64,000 bases of DNA from Anolis carolinensis (lineage: Eukaryota): the NCBI RefSeq assembly GCF_035594765.1, contig NC_085843.1, forward strand, positions 116,909,971 through 116,973,970, in the 5' to 3' direction. The position numbers and the translations under genes were made by a program. Below, piece by piece: positions 35,518 to 47,076 of the stretch (within the stretch, counting starts at the first letter, position 1; each line of letters opens with the position of its first letter). Below the pieces are notes generated by a model, which was given only the letters and a program-made list of their open reading frames with translations, ran no database searches and was not told the origin of the DNA.

Positions 35518-38500
35518 TTACATATCATCTGTCCAAAACCTCATTTCCTCTTGTGACGGTAACTTTCCTTCCTTGTTTTTTAAACCTTTTACAACAAATT
35601 TTCCCCACACAGCATCATAATCGCTTTGTTTCCATATACCTTTTTTAACCTTTAATATACATGTTAGTTTATCATTTATTGCTAATTTCCATGCTTCTTT
35701 ATACCACTCCTCTATTTGTATGTTCATTTCTTTTTTCCAATTCCTTGCTATAAGTAATCTTGCTATTGTTACTAGATTTGTTATCGCATCTTTCTCCTCC
35801 TTTTTCCATTGTTTATTATTATATAATGATAATAATGCTATGCTAGGACTTTTATCAATTTTCATATTCATTATATCTTCTATTTCTCTAAAAACTTTCC
35901 CCCAAAATTTGTTTACATATTTGCATTGCCACCACATGTGTATATAAGTTCCTGGTTCTTGGCACCCTCTCCAGCAATTTTTTGAATTATTTTTATTCAT
36001 ATATGCTATTCTTACTGGTGTCAGATACCACTTCCATATTAACTTGTAGTAATTTTCTTTAACCCGTATTGATAAATTTTTTAAGTGTCTTTGTCCCCAT
36101 AACTGTTGCCATTCTATTTCGCTTATTTTTATCCCTAAGTCTTCTTCCCAAGACTCCTTAAGGGTATTCTTATTTATTTTCCCCTCCTTCGTTTCGATTA
36201 ATATCTTATAAATTCTACTAATTATACCTCTCAAGTTTTCCTGTTCCTCTACAGCCCTTCCCTTCTGTATTGTTAGCTCAAATTGACTAAGTTGGCTTCC
36301 ATTTCTATTGTTTTTTTCCCAATTTTTAAACCATTGTTCTAATTGTATACAGTGGAACCATGTCAATTTTATTTCTTTAAACTCTTCCAACATCATTTCC
36401 TTCTTCATTCTCACCTTCAGCCAATCCTCTATCCTATCTAATTTATTCTCCCTTAATTTTTTATCCATTACTTTTTTTAAATTTTTAGGGAATTTTTTTT
36501 CCATCACTATTGGGGTTATGATTGACCCCTCCCCTATTAACTTCCTCCTATATTTATTCCACACTTCTAATATATTGCTCAACATTGGGTTTCTAATTTC
36601 CCTCATTTCTTTTTTAGTAAACTGTTTAAAAAATATATTCCAAATTTCATCCTCCACTTTTCCTGAATCATTACTAAGCCAATCTATTCCCTCTCTTTTA
36701 ACCATTCCTTCTATCACCCAGCTTAATCTGCTTGCTTCATAATATTTTTTAATATTAGGTAGTGCTAGTCCTCCCTCTTTTTGCGATCTATACCATAACT
36801 GTTTAGTTAATCTATTTCTTTTACTTCCATTACAATACTTGTTAATCATTTGTTGCCATCTGTTTAGTTCTTCTTCTGTGATTTGAAGTGGTAGCATTCT
36901 AAATATAAAATTTATCTTTGGAAGTATTTTCATTTTTACTAATGCTATTCTTCCAAACCAGGATAGGCGTATGTCTTCATATTCTATTAATTTTTTCTGA
37001 ACCTCTTTCCTTAATGTTACTACATTTAGTTCTTCCATTTTTTTTAAATCCTTTGTTATTAATATTCCTAAGTATTTTAATTCATTCTTAATTCTTATTC
37101 CCATTTTACTCTGCTCTATAAAATCTTTCTCTTCTTCCTTTGTATAATTTATTAACATCATTTCTGACTTATTCCAATTAACTTGTAATCCTGTCGTTTT
37201 CCCAAATATCTCCAAATGTTCTTTTATTTTGTCCATTTTCTCTATTATATTTTCTATAAATAGCAATGTATCGTCAGCAAATAAGCTCACCTTATGTTTC
37301 TCCTCTTTTCCTAGCCCCTCTAGATTCTTATCATTCCTTATACCGTTTGCAAACATTTCTATCACCATAGCAAATAATATCGGCGACAAAGGGCACCCTT
37401 GCCTCGTTCCTCTGGACACTTTTATTTCCTTAGTCACTCCATCATTTATAGTTATCTCTGCTGAATTCCTTGAATAAAATTGTTCTAAGATTCCTTTTAT
37501 TCTATTTCCCATTCCGAATTTATTCAGGATTTCCCTTAATGCCTCCCATTCCACACAATCAAACGCTTTAAAAATATCTAGTGATAATATCCCTGCTTTT
37601 TCCTTCCCCTCTTTAGCCAAATAAATTTTTTTTAGTACTCTCCCTATCAAATTTGACATTAGTCTTCCCTTCACAAACCCACACTGATCTTTTTTTATAT
37701 ACTTATACATGCATTTATTCATTCTATTAGCTATTATCGCAGACAGAATTTTTGCGTCCTGATTAACTAACGATATGGGCCTATATGACCCCGGGTCTGT
37801 TAAATCTTTATCAGGTTTGGGTATTAATATTATTAGTGATTTCCTCCATGATTCTGGTATTTTATCTCCCTCCATTATCCCATTATACATTTTTAATAAT
37901 TTTGGAGTTAAAACTTCTCTGAAGCTTTTATAATATTCTGTCCCTAGACCATCCAGGCCTGGAGCTTTCCCCACTTTTAATTTCTTAATAACTTCCTCTA
38001 TTTCTATCCTCTTAATGGGTTGTTCCAATAGCTCTTTATCCCTCTCCTCCAGCTTGCACTCCCAATTTTCCTCCACATATTTCCTAATTACTTCTATAGA
38101 GCTAGCTTTAGTTTGATATAATTCTTTATAAAATTCTTCAAATACCTTCAGTTTTTCTTTCATAGTTCTACATAATTTACCTGTTTTATCTTTTATCATA
38201 TTTATCATTCCTTCCATTTTCTTTTTTTGTGTTGATTTGGCTAGCATCTTGGAATTCCTATCACTAAACTCAAAGTATTCCCTCCTTAAATAAATTAAAT
38301 TCTCTTGTACTTCATCTATTTCCATTTTATCCAGTTCCTCTTTTTTTGCTCTCAGCCTTGCATAAGTTCGTATATCTCTCTTTATTACATATGTTTTTTC
38401 GATCTCTTCTATTTCTCTTTCTAAATTCCTTTTCCTTTCTTCTTGCCTTTTTTTTAGATTAATTGTCTCTTTTATGCATAACCCTCTAGTCACTGCTTTC

Positions 38501-39375
38501 ATGGTGTCCCATAGAACTCCTTTTGTCACCCCCTTTTCATTAAAGCCCCATATTTCTTGCCATTCTACTTGCATTCTGTCTACTATCTCTTTATAATTCA
38601 ATATTTTCGTATTTAACCTCCACCTCTTCATTTTGTCATAATCACATTTCAGCACCAACTCAATCGATACCAGAGCATGATCCGAAATCTTAATTATCCC
38701 AATATCAGCATTTAACACTTTACTTAACATATTTTTGGAGACAAAAATATAATCTATTCTTGTATACACCTTATGCACCGATGAATAATATGTATATCTG
38801 CTTTCATTCCCTTTTACCAATCTCCACACATCCTTCAGTTGCCATTTATTCATTACTCTACTTAAGTCCGTTATTTCGATATTTCTTGTTTTTGATGTTA
38901 ACATTGTTTTATCCTTCTTTGGGTCCATATAACAATTACAATCTCCTCCAAATATTACATTTTGTTGGTGATAATTCTCTATTTGCTCTAATACTTTTTC
39001 GTAAAATTCTTGCTGTTTAACATTTGGTGCATATACATTTACTAATACATATTTTTCTTCCCCTATTTCACCATATATTATTATGTATCTTCCCTCTTCA
39101 TCTTTCAATACCTTATTTATACCCAAATTGCATTTCTTTGCTATTATTATAGCTACACCTCTTGACTTTGATGACCCAAAAGATTTCTCATAATTCCTTA
39201 TCCAGCTCGACTTTAGTTCATTTGAGCCCAGTTTATTCTGATGCGTTTCCTGTAGGAAGATGACATCCGCCGCGTCCTTCTTCAGTAGGGCTTCAATCCG
39301 CCTTCTCTTAATTACCGTCCCCAACCCTCTCACATTAAGTGTTGAAATTCTTAATTTATGAGACATCATTTCCAT
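35518..39375 (-). CDS. L1 ORF2p (APE endonuclease, reverse transcriptase, CCHC motif), 1285 aa
   Basis: LNVRGL, LQETH, GGDCN, RIDY, SDH; KAPGLDG, YRPISL, KAFD, QGCPLSP, FADD; CWRGC...HMWWQC. Confidence 0.97.
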   Translation of the reverse strand: MEMMSHKLRISTLNVRGLGTVIKRRRIEALLKKDAADVIFLQETHQNKLGSNELKSSWIRNYEKSFGSSKSRGVAIIIAKKCNLGINKVLKDEEGRYIIIYGEIGEEKYVLVNVYAPNVKQQEFYEKVLEQIENYHQQNVIFGGDCNCYMDPKKDKTMLTSKTRNIEITDLSRVMNKWQLKDVWRLVKGNESRYTYYSSVHKVYTRIDYIFVSKNMLSKVLNADIGIIKISDHALVSIELVLKCDYDKMKRWRLNTKILNYKEIVDRMQVEWQEIWGFNEKGVTKGVLWDTMKAVTRGLCIKETINLKKRQEERKRNLEREIEEIEKTYVIKRDIRTYARLRAKKEELDKMEIDEVQENLIYLRREYFEFSDRNSKMLAKSTQKKKMEGMINMIKDKTGKLCRTMKEKLKVFEEFYKELYQTKASSIEVIRKYVEENWECKLEERDKELLEQPIKRIEIEEVIKKLKVGKAPGLDGLGTEYYKSFREVLTPKLLKMYNGIMEGDKIPESWRKSLIILIPKPDKDLTDPGSYRPISLVNQDAKILSAIIANRMNKCMYKYIKKDQCGFVKGRLMSNLIGRVLKKIYLAKEGKEKAGILSLDIFKAFDCVEWEALREILNKFGMGNRIKGILEQFYSRNSAEITINDGVTKEIKVSRGTRQGCPLSPILFAMVIEMFANGIRNDKNLEGLGKEEKHKVSLFADDTLLFIENIIEKMDKIKEHLEIFGKTTGLQVNWNKSEMMLINYTKEEEKDFIEQSKMGIRIKNELKYLGILITKDLKKMEELNVVTLRKEVQKKLIEYEDIRLSWFGRIALVKMKILPKINFIFRMLPLQITEEELNRWQQMINKYCNGSKRNRLTKQLWYRSQKEGGLALPNIKKYYEASRLSWVIEGMVKREGIDWLSNDSGKVEDEIWNIFFKQFTKKEMREIRNPMLSNILEVWNKYRRKLIGEGSIITPIVMEKKFPKNLKKVMDKKLRENKLDRIEDWLKVRMKKEMMLEEFKEIKLTWFHCIQLEQWFKNWEKNNRNGSQLSQFELTIQKGRAVEEQENLRGIISRIYKILIETKEGKINKNTLKESWEEDLGIKISEIEWQQLWGQRHLKNLSIRVKENYYKLIWKWYLTPVRIAYMNKNNSKNCWRGCQEPGTYIHMWWQCKYVNKFWGKVFREIEDIMNMKIDKSPSIALLSLYNNKQWKKEEKDAITNLVTIARLLIARNWKKEMNIQIEEWYKEAWKLAINDKLTCILKVKKGIWKQSDYDAVWGKFVVKGLKNKEGKLPSQEEMRFWTDDM

Positions 39376-39661
39376 TTCCCTTTAAAAGCTTTTTTGTGGC
39401 TTGAACCAATGTGAACCCTTGACCCTTACCCTCCCCTACCCTTGCCCACCCTTCCCCCCTCCTCCCCCTTGATCCCCCCCTTCCCTCATTCCCCCCTTCC
39501 TCCCCTTCCATTCTTCGGGACTCCTCGTCCCAATCATGGCCCCCGGCCTTCCCAATTGGGGAGGGGGAAGGCGAAGTCATCCCATGGCCCAGAGTCTCCC
39601 TCCCCCCGAGTGCTCATTTTAAATTCAATAATAAATTTAATTGCAGTGTTACGCTTTCTTC

Positions 39662-40909
39662 TTACATCCCGATTCCTCCAGTGGCGCCAAATAATTCCTC
39701 CGTTACTCCTGCTTCCGAACCCTTCTCCTCCTCCTCCTTTCGATCTCTCTCTTGTTTTCTTATTATACCGAGCTCCTCCAATAGTTGATGTCCTTGCTCC
39801 AATGAGTCTATTCTATATCTCTTGCCTTTCCATTGGAATTTGAGAAAGATAGGATATCCCCAAGTGTACAAAATTCCGGCCTTCATTAATTGGATCGTAA
39901 TAGGCTTCATTGAATATCTCCAATTCTTAGTTTCAGTACAATAGTCATTGAATATCTCCAATTTTGAGTCGCCCATCTTTAAATATTCTGGGTTCTTCTT
40001 TAATATTTTCATCAAATTTTCTTTCTTTACGAAGTTTTGAAATCGGATTATTATATTCCTAGGAATTATTTTATTTCTTCCACTCGGAAGGCGATGAACT
40101 CTCTCGATATCTAATTCTGACCAGTTTAATATCGGCGTGATCTTTTGCAACCACTTCAAAATCTCGGTTTTCAGATCTTCTTTCTTATTCCCTTCTGGGT
40201 AGTTTCTAATTATTGCGTTGTTTCTTCTTTGATTATCTTGCATATACACGAACTTTCTTTCCACATCTGAAAGCCTATTTTCATTTTTTTGCGTTTGTTG
40301 TTTGAGTACAAGTTGTTCCTGTTTATTTTTCCCGATTTCAGATTTATTTGTTTGTATCTCTCCATGTGCTGTTTTCAAACTTTCTCTTATTGTCTGAAAT
40401 TTTTCATCTGAGCTTTTCCTTTCTGCCTCCAATTGTGCTTTTATTTCTTTGTTGCTGGTCAGAATTTCTTGCTTCAAAACCTGGATCTCGCTCTTCCTCA
40501 TTTCTCTTTCTTTATCAAACATCAAATTCAAATTCAAATTCATTTCCTTTGTTTGTCTTTCACTCTCCTCTTTGATCAATTCCGCTATTTTATTTAACAA
40601 TTGGCCACTGCCCATTTCATTCCCCATTTCTTTCCTCTCTCTGCTCTCACTGCTTCCTTTTAGTTCTGCTGATAAACATGGCAGAGAGGTAGAAATGCCT
40701 CCTCCTCCTATTGCCCCCTCCGCTTGAGGGGGGGTCCGTTTTAATTGTTTCCCCTCCTTAATTGAGGTGGGGGGACTTCTTTTAACAATGCTCATTTCCT
40801 TGGGGATCTGAGAAACCCTTTCCAATCTAGAAAAAGATCTGTCCGAAGGCCTTGTGCGTGACCAAAGAGGATTTTTTGGGATATCCTGACTTTGTTTATT
40901 CCTTCTCAT
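39662..40909 (-). CDS. L1 ORF1p (coiled coil, RRM, CTD), up to 415 aa
   Basis: Coiled coil followed by RRNNAIIRNYPE, IERVHR, PRNIIIRF, IFNDY, WGYP. Confidence 0.93.
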   Translation of the reverse strand: MRRNKQSQDIPKNPLWSRTRPSDRSFSRLERVSQIPKEMSIVKRSPPTSIKEGKQLKRTPPQAEGAIGGGGISTSLPCLSAELKGSSESRERKEMGNEMGSGQLLNKIAELIKEESERQTKEMNLNLNLMFDKEREMRKSEIQVLKQEILTSNKEIKAQLEAERKSSDEKFQTIRESLKTAHGEIQTNKSEIGKNKQEQLVLKQQTQKNENRLSDVERKFVYMQDNQRRNNAIIRNYPEGNKKEDLKTEILKWLQKITPILNWSELDIERVHRLPSGRNKIIPRNIIIRFQNFVKKENLMKILKKNPEYLKMGDSKLEIFNDYCTETKNWRYSMKPITIQLMKAGILYTWGYPIFLKFQWKGKRYRIDSLEQGHQLLEELGIIRKQERDRKEEEEKGSEAGVTEELFGATGGIGM

Positions 40910-42976
40910 TCACCTCCCTTCAGTTGCTCCTTCCGTATTTATCAATTTTTTTTTTTTATAAGTACTTAGTTCCCCCTTTCGACGCAGTCCAAAAAAAAAA
41001 CAACCCTAGTACGCCTTGCAAGGCCTTGCAACATTATTGTAACATTATTTCCTTTGGAGCCTTTGGAACCAGGGGATTCGCTTTTAATCTGATGAGGAAA
41101 GCTCACTCCTTCCTCAAAGGAGGCTTCCAGATGATTATATTCAATCTTGCTAATTATTTTAATGCTTATTTGAGCTACAGACTATTTTTCTTCTCCGGCT
41201 TCGCACGCGTTCGCACTCATCATGTTACTTTCGCTTTTGCTTTCAGCCTGCTTTCAGCCTGCTTCGGCCAGCTTCCCCTCACTTCTGCCAAAGCTCATAA
41301 ATCAAAGCAATTAAGTGGTAATAGATTACCTTTTCAGGTTTCTTGTATGCTCAACACTCTCATCTCCCTTTTAATCCATAAAGATCCTTCCTCGATCCCT
41401 TTTTCACTGCTTTTCGCTTTGTTTTCTCAAGAGCTGAAAGGAAAGACGTCTTTACCCGGCCATAGCTGACTCCGCCTCCCCCTTCTTCTTAAATTTTTCA
41501 ACAATTTGTTGATAAGAAAACCACTGAAAGTTATGGCCTCCTTCAAATTAATTTTATACTTCTTTTGATCCTACTTCAAAAGATCTTGATAAGTTATCCA
41601 TCTTTCTGTACAGGTCATTCCCTGTCTATAACAAGCTTCTTGTGATGTAGTGCAAAGGCCCTGTTCTCCCATCCTATATAGTGAAGAGAAAGAGAAATGT
41701 CACTTGTTTAAAACTAGGTTTTTGTCCAAAAATATTTTTTGTTTGTTTTTGTGTTTTTGCTATGATGTATGCGCTAATAAAAAAAGAACCCAGCATCTAG
41801 ATAAAATGTTTATGCTTGTGCAATGAATTGTGTTTAAATAGACAATGTTGTTGGTGCAACCAACAGGAACATTTTCTCTGTTTCTCTCCTGAAGTTATAA
41901 ATTAATATTAATGTTATTTAAATAAACATCAGTTATTGAGAAAACTGAATTAATTTCAAATTCCTAGCTAGTACTTTAAGCTGAGTATAGGTCCTCATGC
42001 CTGATCTATATGAAAAAGCAGTAGCTTAGGGACAGAAGTTGCAATATGCATGGAAAAATGTATCAGTTTTACCTGCCAGCATCTGCAGGAAATCCTGGAA
42101 ATTGCTACTATTAAGTGTAGACAAAAGTGAGCTAGATGGACCAACAATTTGAGTAAATAGTAGCTCCCCTTTGACAGTATACAATAAATACTGTCACGAA
42201 AATGATACTTCATGCTTTTTTGGTTGTTTTTCTCTAAGAACAATCTGTTTTGATACTTGCAGAGTAGGATGAGACTGATATTAAGTCCACTTTCTTTCAG
42301 GAAAGAAAAAGCTCACTTCGAAACACAGAGAGTGATGAGAAGAAAAGTTGAACTATAATTTGCAATGCAATAAAGTCAGATGCAGAAAATTGGATGACTC
42401 ATCATTAAGAAAACCTGCCTATCCCACTTCAGGAGGCTGATATAGGAAGGAAATGTATGCATATTAAAAACCTGTATCATTGAGGTATGTTGATTGCCAC
42501 GTGACTTTCATGTGTGAATGTGCCCTCTCAGAACAAACTCCAATGCAACTCACAGATATGGCCTTTACAACCCTTTAATGAGTGGTTGTTAGTAGAGTTG
42601 CTTTGTTCACATAGCTAGGAACCAGCAAATGACAATTGGTTTAGTGGTGAAAAATCAAAATATGTAAATGTACATGATCCTGTTTATATAGCACAAGAGA
42701 ACATGACAAATTTCACATGCTTGTTCTTATTTACCTTTCTTCAAAGTTTATCTATGTGAGAATATCCATGGTATCTCTCACCTATGTGTGTATTGGCTTT
42801 GGAACGGTAGTTTTAGAAGATCTTTAGCCTTCTCTGTGAAAGAGTGATGGTACATCACCAAACTACACTCCCATGTAGACCTGATAAGATGTGTGCAGAT
42901 ATCGCCAAAGGGGAAGGCAGTCCATGCTGCTGCCAATCTTGTCGCAGGGTGACCAAGACATAACCCTTATCATTTT

Positions 42977-44148
42977 TGTTTTGGTTGAGCCTTCTGGCTC
43001 CGGTACTAGGAGACGTGGTCGTAAGACTCCTCGAGAGTCAGACTCTTTTGAGGAGCGTGAAAGGAAACGGCTCCGGGACTTATTTGCAGAACCAACAGAT
43101 GAAGACTCATTTGAGGGTTTTACCGAGGGAATGGAGGAAGAGATGGTTAGCTCAGAGGAGGATGACATGGAGTGGACTCGTGTGAGGGAGGATTTGGGTG
43201 TCACCGGCAATGATAGCATGGGAGACAATTGGCGGGTTGCAGGATCAGACCCATGGATGGGCTGGAGGGATGGAGCGGGATCCACAGCTGGGGATGCTGT
43301 GGGGCGTAGTCAAAGGTGTTTTAGCTCTGATGAGGATGATGATGATGAGGCACCTGGAATTAGGATAGCAGCTGATAGCGATGAGGAGTTATGAACTGGG
43401 ATAAAATGGGGTTTAGGATCAATGGCTAATTGCGTTGGGCAAGGTAATCTGGACGAACGCTTGGGCTCTTGTTGGGGAACTTCCGAAGACGGGTGTGATT
43501 CGTTGCTGGATACGTAAGTTACCAAGGACACTGGGCATAGACGGCGGGAGGAACTGTGTGGGGTTTTTCTGTACAACTTGTGTTTAATCTTGATAGTTTG
43601 GACCTCCGTCGTCTTTTTGACAGACATTAATTACCTACTCTGGATTGACGCTGGACTGACTGACTGACTACGACCCTGGACTATCCCTTCTGTGGCTATC
43701 GGTGGAACCTGTGGACGTCTGCACTTGGCTTTCGACCTTGGACCGGATTGGGACCCATGCTGACCGTCGTTACCCTGATTGATGTGCCTGGACCCGGATT
43801 TCGCTCGTTGCACGGAGGAGTAAACAGCCTGAGTTACTCATCTGTAGCTTTTGAGTAGCAGAGAGGAATCTGCTGCCAGTTTTTGTGTTCATTTTGACCT
43901 CTGTTTTCCAACTTTTGTTTGTTTAAATTGTCAGGCTGAAGTAAGCACTTTTGCTTTAACCCGGATTAAATTCCTGTTTAATCCGGTTGATCCTTTGGAA
44001 CCGTTTTAATTCAAACGGAGCTGTTTCTGTTACTTTTCACACTAAAGACAAGTGTTTGCTTAGTCCTTTGCTTCCTACGGGCATTTCTCAGTTCTGTAAC
44101 TTTAATAAACTGTGTTGTACTCTATTGGGTGGCGTTCTGTCTATGACA
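42977..44148 (+). mobile_element. Solo LTR (1172 bp), probably Ty3/Gypsy
   Basis: 5-bp TSD ATTTT at 42972-42976 and 44149-44153; TGTTTTG...ATGACA; GATAAAA at 43400; AATAAA at 44104-44109. Confidence 0.85.
42978..43394 (+). CDS. U3-encoded acidic polypeptide (138 aa) with DLFAEPTDEDSFEGF motif
   Basis: Open from LTR base 2 to just before the TATA-like box; aligns with the 10254-10841 peptide. Confidence 0.58.
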   Translation, partial: VLVEPSGSGTRRRGRKTPRESDSFEERERKRLRDLFAEPTDEDSFEGFTEGMEEEMVSSEEDDMEWTRVREDLGVTGNDSMGDNWRVAGSDPWMGWRDGAGSTAGDAVGRSQRCFSSDEDDDDEAPGIRIAADSDEEL

Positions 44149-46310
44149 ATTTTAGCCTGATGTCCTTAGGAAACTGTAGATCCCCAAACTATACATTCTT
44201 TTTATTGGCGGGGGGGGGGGGGGGAGGTAGTGGTGTTTGATAACTTTTGTGCTGCTGACAAACCCAAAGCCCTTTATACACATAGTCTGAAGGTAATTTT
44301 ATGAGTAATATTTTTTACTACACCATGCTGGCTGTCACGGCTACATAAATATAACATGCAATATTATGTGGAACACCCTACACCCATTTAATGCAGGTGT
44401 AACTCAAAATATATTTCTGGAAAGACAGTAGCAGATTTTAAAATATATATCAGATATGACAGGTTTAATCTCGACTTCTAAAACACAATTGGGTTGAAGT
44501 GGAAGCCTTTCTCTAAACTTCTGAAAGGTAGTAAATACTTTTTTTCCTCTGTCTCTTCTTCACTGTCTATCAAAGTCTTCAGAGGAAGGAAACAGAAAGT
44601 AATCTTATCAGATCTCAGAGATGAAAAATCTTTGACATTTCCTTCATTTGGCTTTTGGCAAGGGCAGGAAGAAGTGAAAAGAATAGCAACAATTCTGTGC
44701 ACACACCTGTATTTTACAAAAAGAGAGGAAAGAAGGACAGAAGGACATATTTTAGTACTGCAAAAAACTTTTATTTTTCTAGCATCTATATACCATATAT
44801 TAACCTTATATTTTCTGATAAAATTGGAATATTGCAACAGTGGAAATCTATTTTACAGAGCAAGCACAGAACAATTGAATCAGTTGTTATTATTATATTA
44901 CCAAGATTACTAGGAACTTTGGGATGATATATTATTTTAGAAACTCATCTAAACTTCGGTTCTCCTTAATGTTGTATCCTGGCCGCATTATTGCTTGTGT
45001 GCTCCTTTGTGTTCCTTCATTTTATATTTTAATCATATTTTATTGTGCATTACTCCAAGCACCTGGTGGCAGAGGGTGTGATTTATAAAATAAAAAATTT
45101 AATGAAATATGTGGTGTCTGTACGGCTCCCTCAATAGATCAATAATAAAATAAAGAATGATGACTGTCAAGACTAGTATATTGACAAAACCAACAAGGGA
45201 TGAAAAATGTGCTGTTATATGTGACATATAGCATCATAAATAATTATTATTAGTTACTGGTTTTCTTTATTATTATTTTTTTGCAGGTGATAATGTCCTT
45301 CCAAAAAGAATATGTTTAAAGATCCCTTGCTCATAAGGGGGGAAAAAGGAAGCCAAGGCTAAATCTATAGATCACACTGTAACTCTTCTATTTCATGTAT
45401 TTTGATGGCCAAGGGTCTTTCACACTACACAATTGTGGCAATGTGATCCACTTTGATGGCCATATATGCACCCTAAGAAATCTTAAGATTTGTGGTGTGA
45501 CAAGAATTCCAAGTTTCCTATTTAAACTGGATTCCATGGGATGTTCAAATGGCACTGAAGTGGCATCATGGCATTGTAATTGTATGGTGTAAAAGGTTCA
45601 CTCTCTCTTTGGCAGTGCTGTATTCCATACTCAAAAATCATATTTCTGTGATACATATTTTCCAGAGTCTGGCAACATCTTATCTAGATGCTACTAATGA
45701 AAACTGTGTAAGATTCTTATTAAGATGATGGTATATGATTTTCACCAAAAATAGACAGAAGTGCTATTGAAAGCACTTTAATTATAAAGTGTATTAATTT
45801 TATCTCAGAGAGAGTTTTAAATACAGCCTTCCAATAACGTGCGGCATGTGAGCAATTTTATTACACATGGCATTTTGTAGAATGTAATAGTGCAGTACTT
45901 ATCTAATTGGTTGGAGGCCAAGAATGTCCTTAAGTAAGACTCCCTTTCCAATGCCTGATGTATGTTACAAATAGAAATAAAAAATGAAATACTAGTGCAT
46001 TCTAAAATAATTCATCACTTCCTCATTCTCTTTGTTTTGATTCACAGGATTAGAGGTAGTCTAGCCAGCACTTCGGTTTACTGTGCAACTCATAAAAGTG
46101 CATCTCCACATCAAAGGCTTTTTGCACATTCTAGTATATAGGAGCATGCTTCTATCACTTCATGTTCTCAGAAGGACTGTGATCTGAGAGCTCTTTCCTT
46201 AGAGTAATGTGCACGGGTATGGTAGCATAGAATGTTCTGGAATTGACTCCTAGAAAAAAAATGATAGTGGGTTCAAAGTACACCAGCCTTTTAAAACCAT
46301 TCATGTAAGA

Positions 46311-47076
46311 CAGGGGTTCCCAAACCTTTTCAGCTGCGGAGCCCTTTTTGAAACAAAAGATTCTCGTGGAGCCCCAAGAATCTATATATATAAAAGAGTG
46401 ATGGCATCAGGGCAGCGGACAAAACAACAAAACTACAGCCCCCCCAACCTCAAAATTTGACAACACAACCCATCATTCACGGCTCTAGGTTGATACAACA
46501 AAAAGAAAAGAAAAATAAAGTCCTAATTACAAGGAGAGGAATAATAGTTTTTATCCAATTGCTGCCAGTTTGAAGGCTAAGCTCCGCCCACTTGGTCTCC
46601 TAGCACCTACTCAGCCCAAGGGACAGGCCTCACTTAGGCCTCTTCCACAGATTATCAGATTTTAACTGGATTATATGGCAGTGTAAACTCAAGGCTCTTC
46701 CACACAGCTATATCACCCATTTAGAATCTTATATTATCTGCTTTGAACTGGATTATCTTGACTCCACACTGCCATATAATCCACTTCGGTGTGCATACTA
46801 AACATAAAGACAACCATACAACAGACATTCAATACCACCACTACCTCAACAATTTCTCACCAACACCACCAGACAATACCACAGCAACGCGTGGCCGGGC
46901 ACAGCTAGTTGTTATTATATTATGGGTTTGTTTGGGGGTTTTTTGCACTAAAATATGATATGTGCTGTGTGCATAGGAATTTGTTCATGTTTTTCCCCCT
47001 CCAAACTATAGTCTGACCTCCCAACAATCTGAAGGAATGTGAACTGGCCCTGGCCTGAAAAAGTTTGAGGAGCCTG
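46311..47076. mobile_element. hAT-like MITE hosting a Helitron
   Basis: CAGGGGTTCCCAAAC...AAGTTTGAGGAGCCTG; TSD not clean. Confidence 0.55.
46381..46908 (+). mobile_element. Non-autonomous Helitron
   Basis: A|TC 5' end, CTAG|T 3' end, GC-rich subterminal hairpin CCACAGCAACGCGTGG, no TSD. Confidence 0.85.

Larger units (their letters stand above)
35368..41484 (-). mobile_element. Full-length L1 retrotransposon (6.1 kb)
   Basis: 15-bp TSD CTTCTTAAATTTTTC at 35353-35367 and 41485-41499; poly(A) tail; 5' end GGGGGAGGCGGAGTCAGCTATGGC; two intact ORFs. Confidence 0.97.

Noticed and set aside
35720-39020. Hydrophobic plus-strand ORFs
   Set aside because: Antisense shadows of the A-rich L1 ORF2.
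42891-42977. N-terminal part of the listed 167-aa ORF
   Set aside because: It lies in host flank outside the LTR TSD and starts at GTG; the in-frame join is likely chance.
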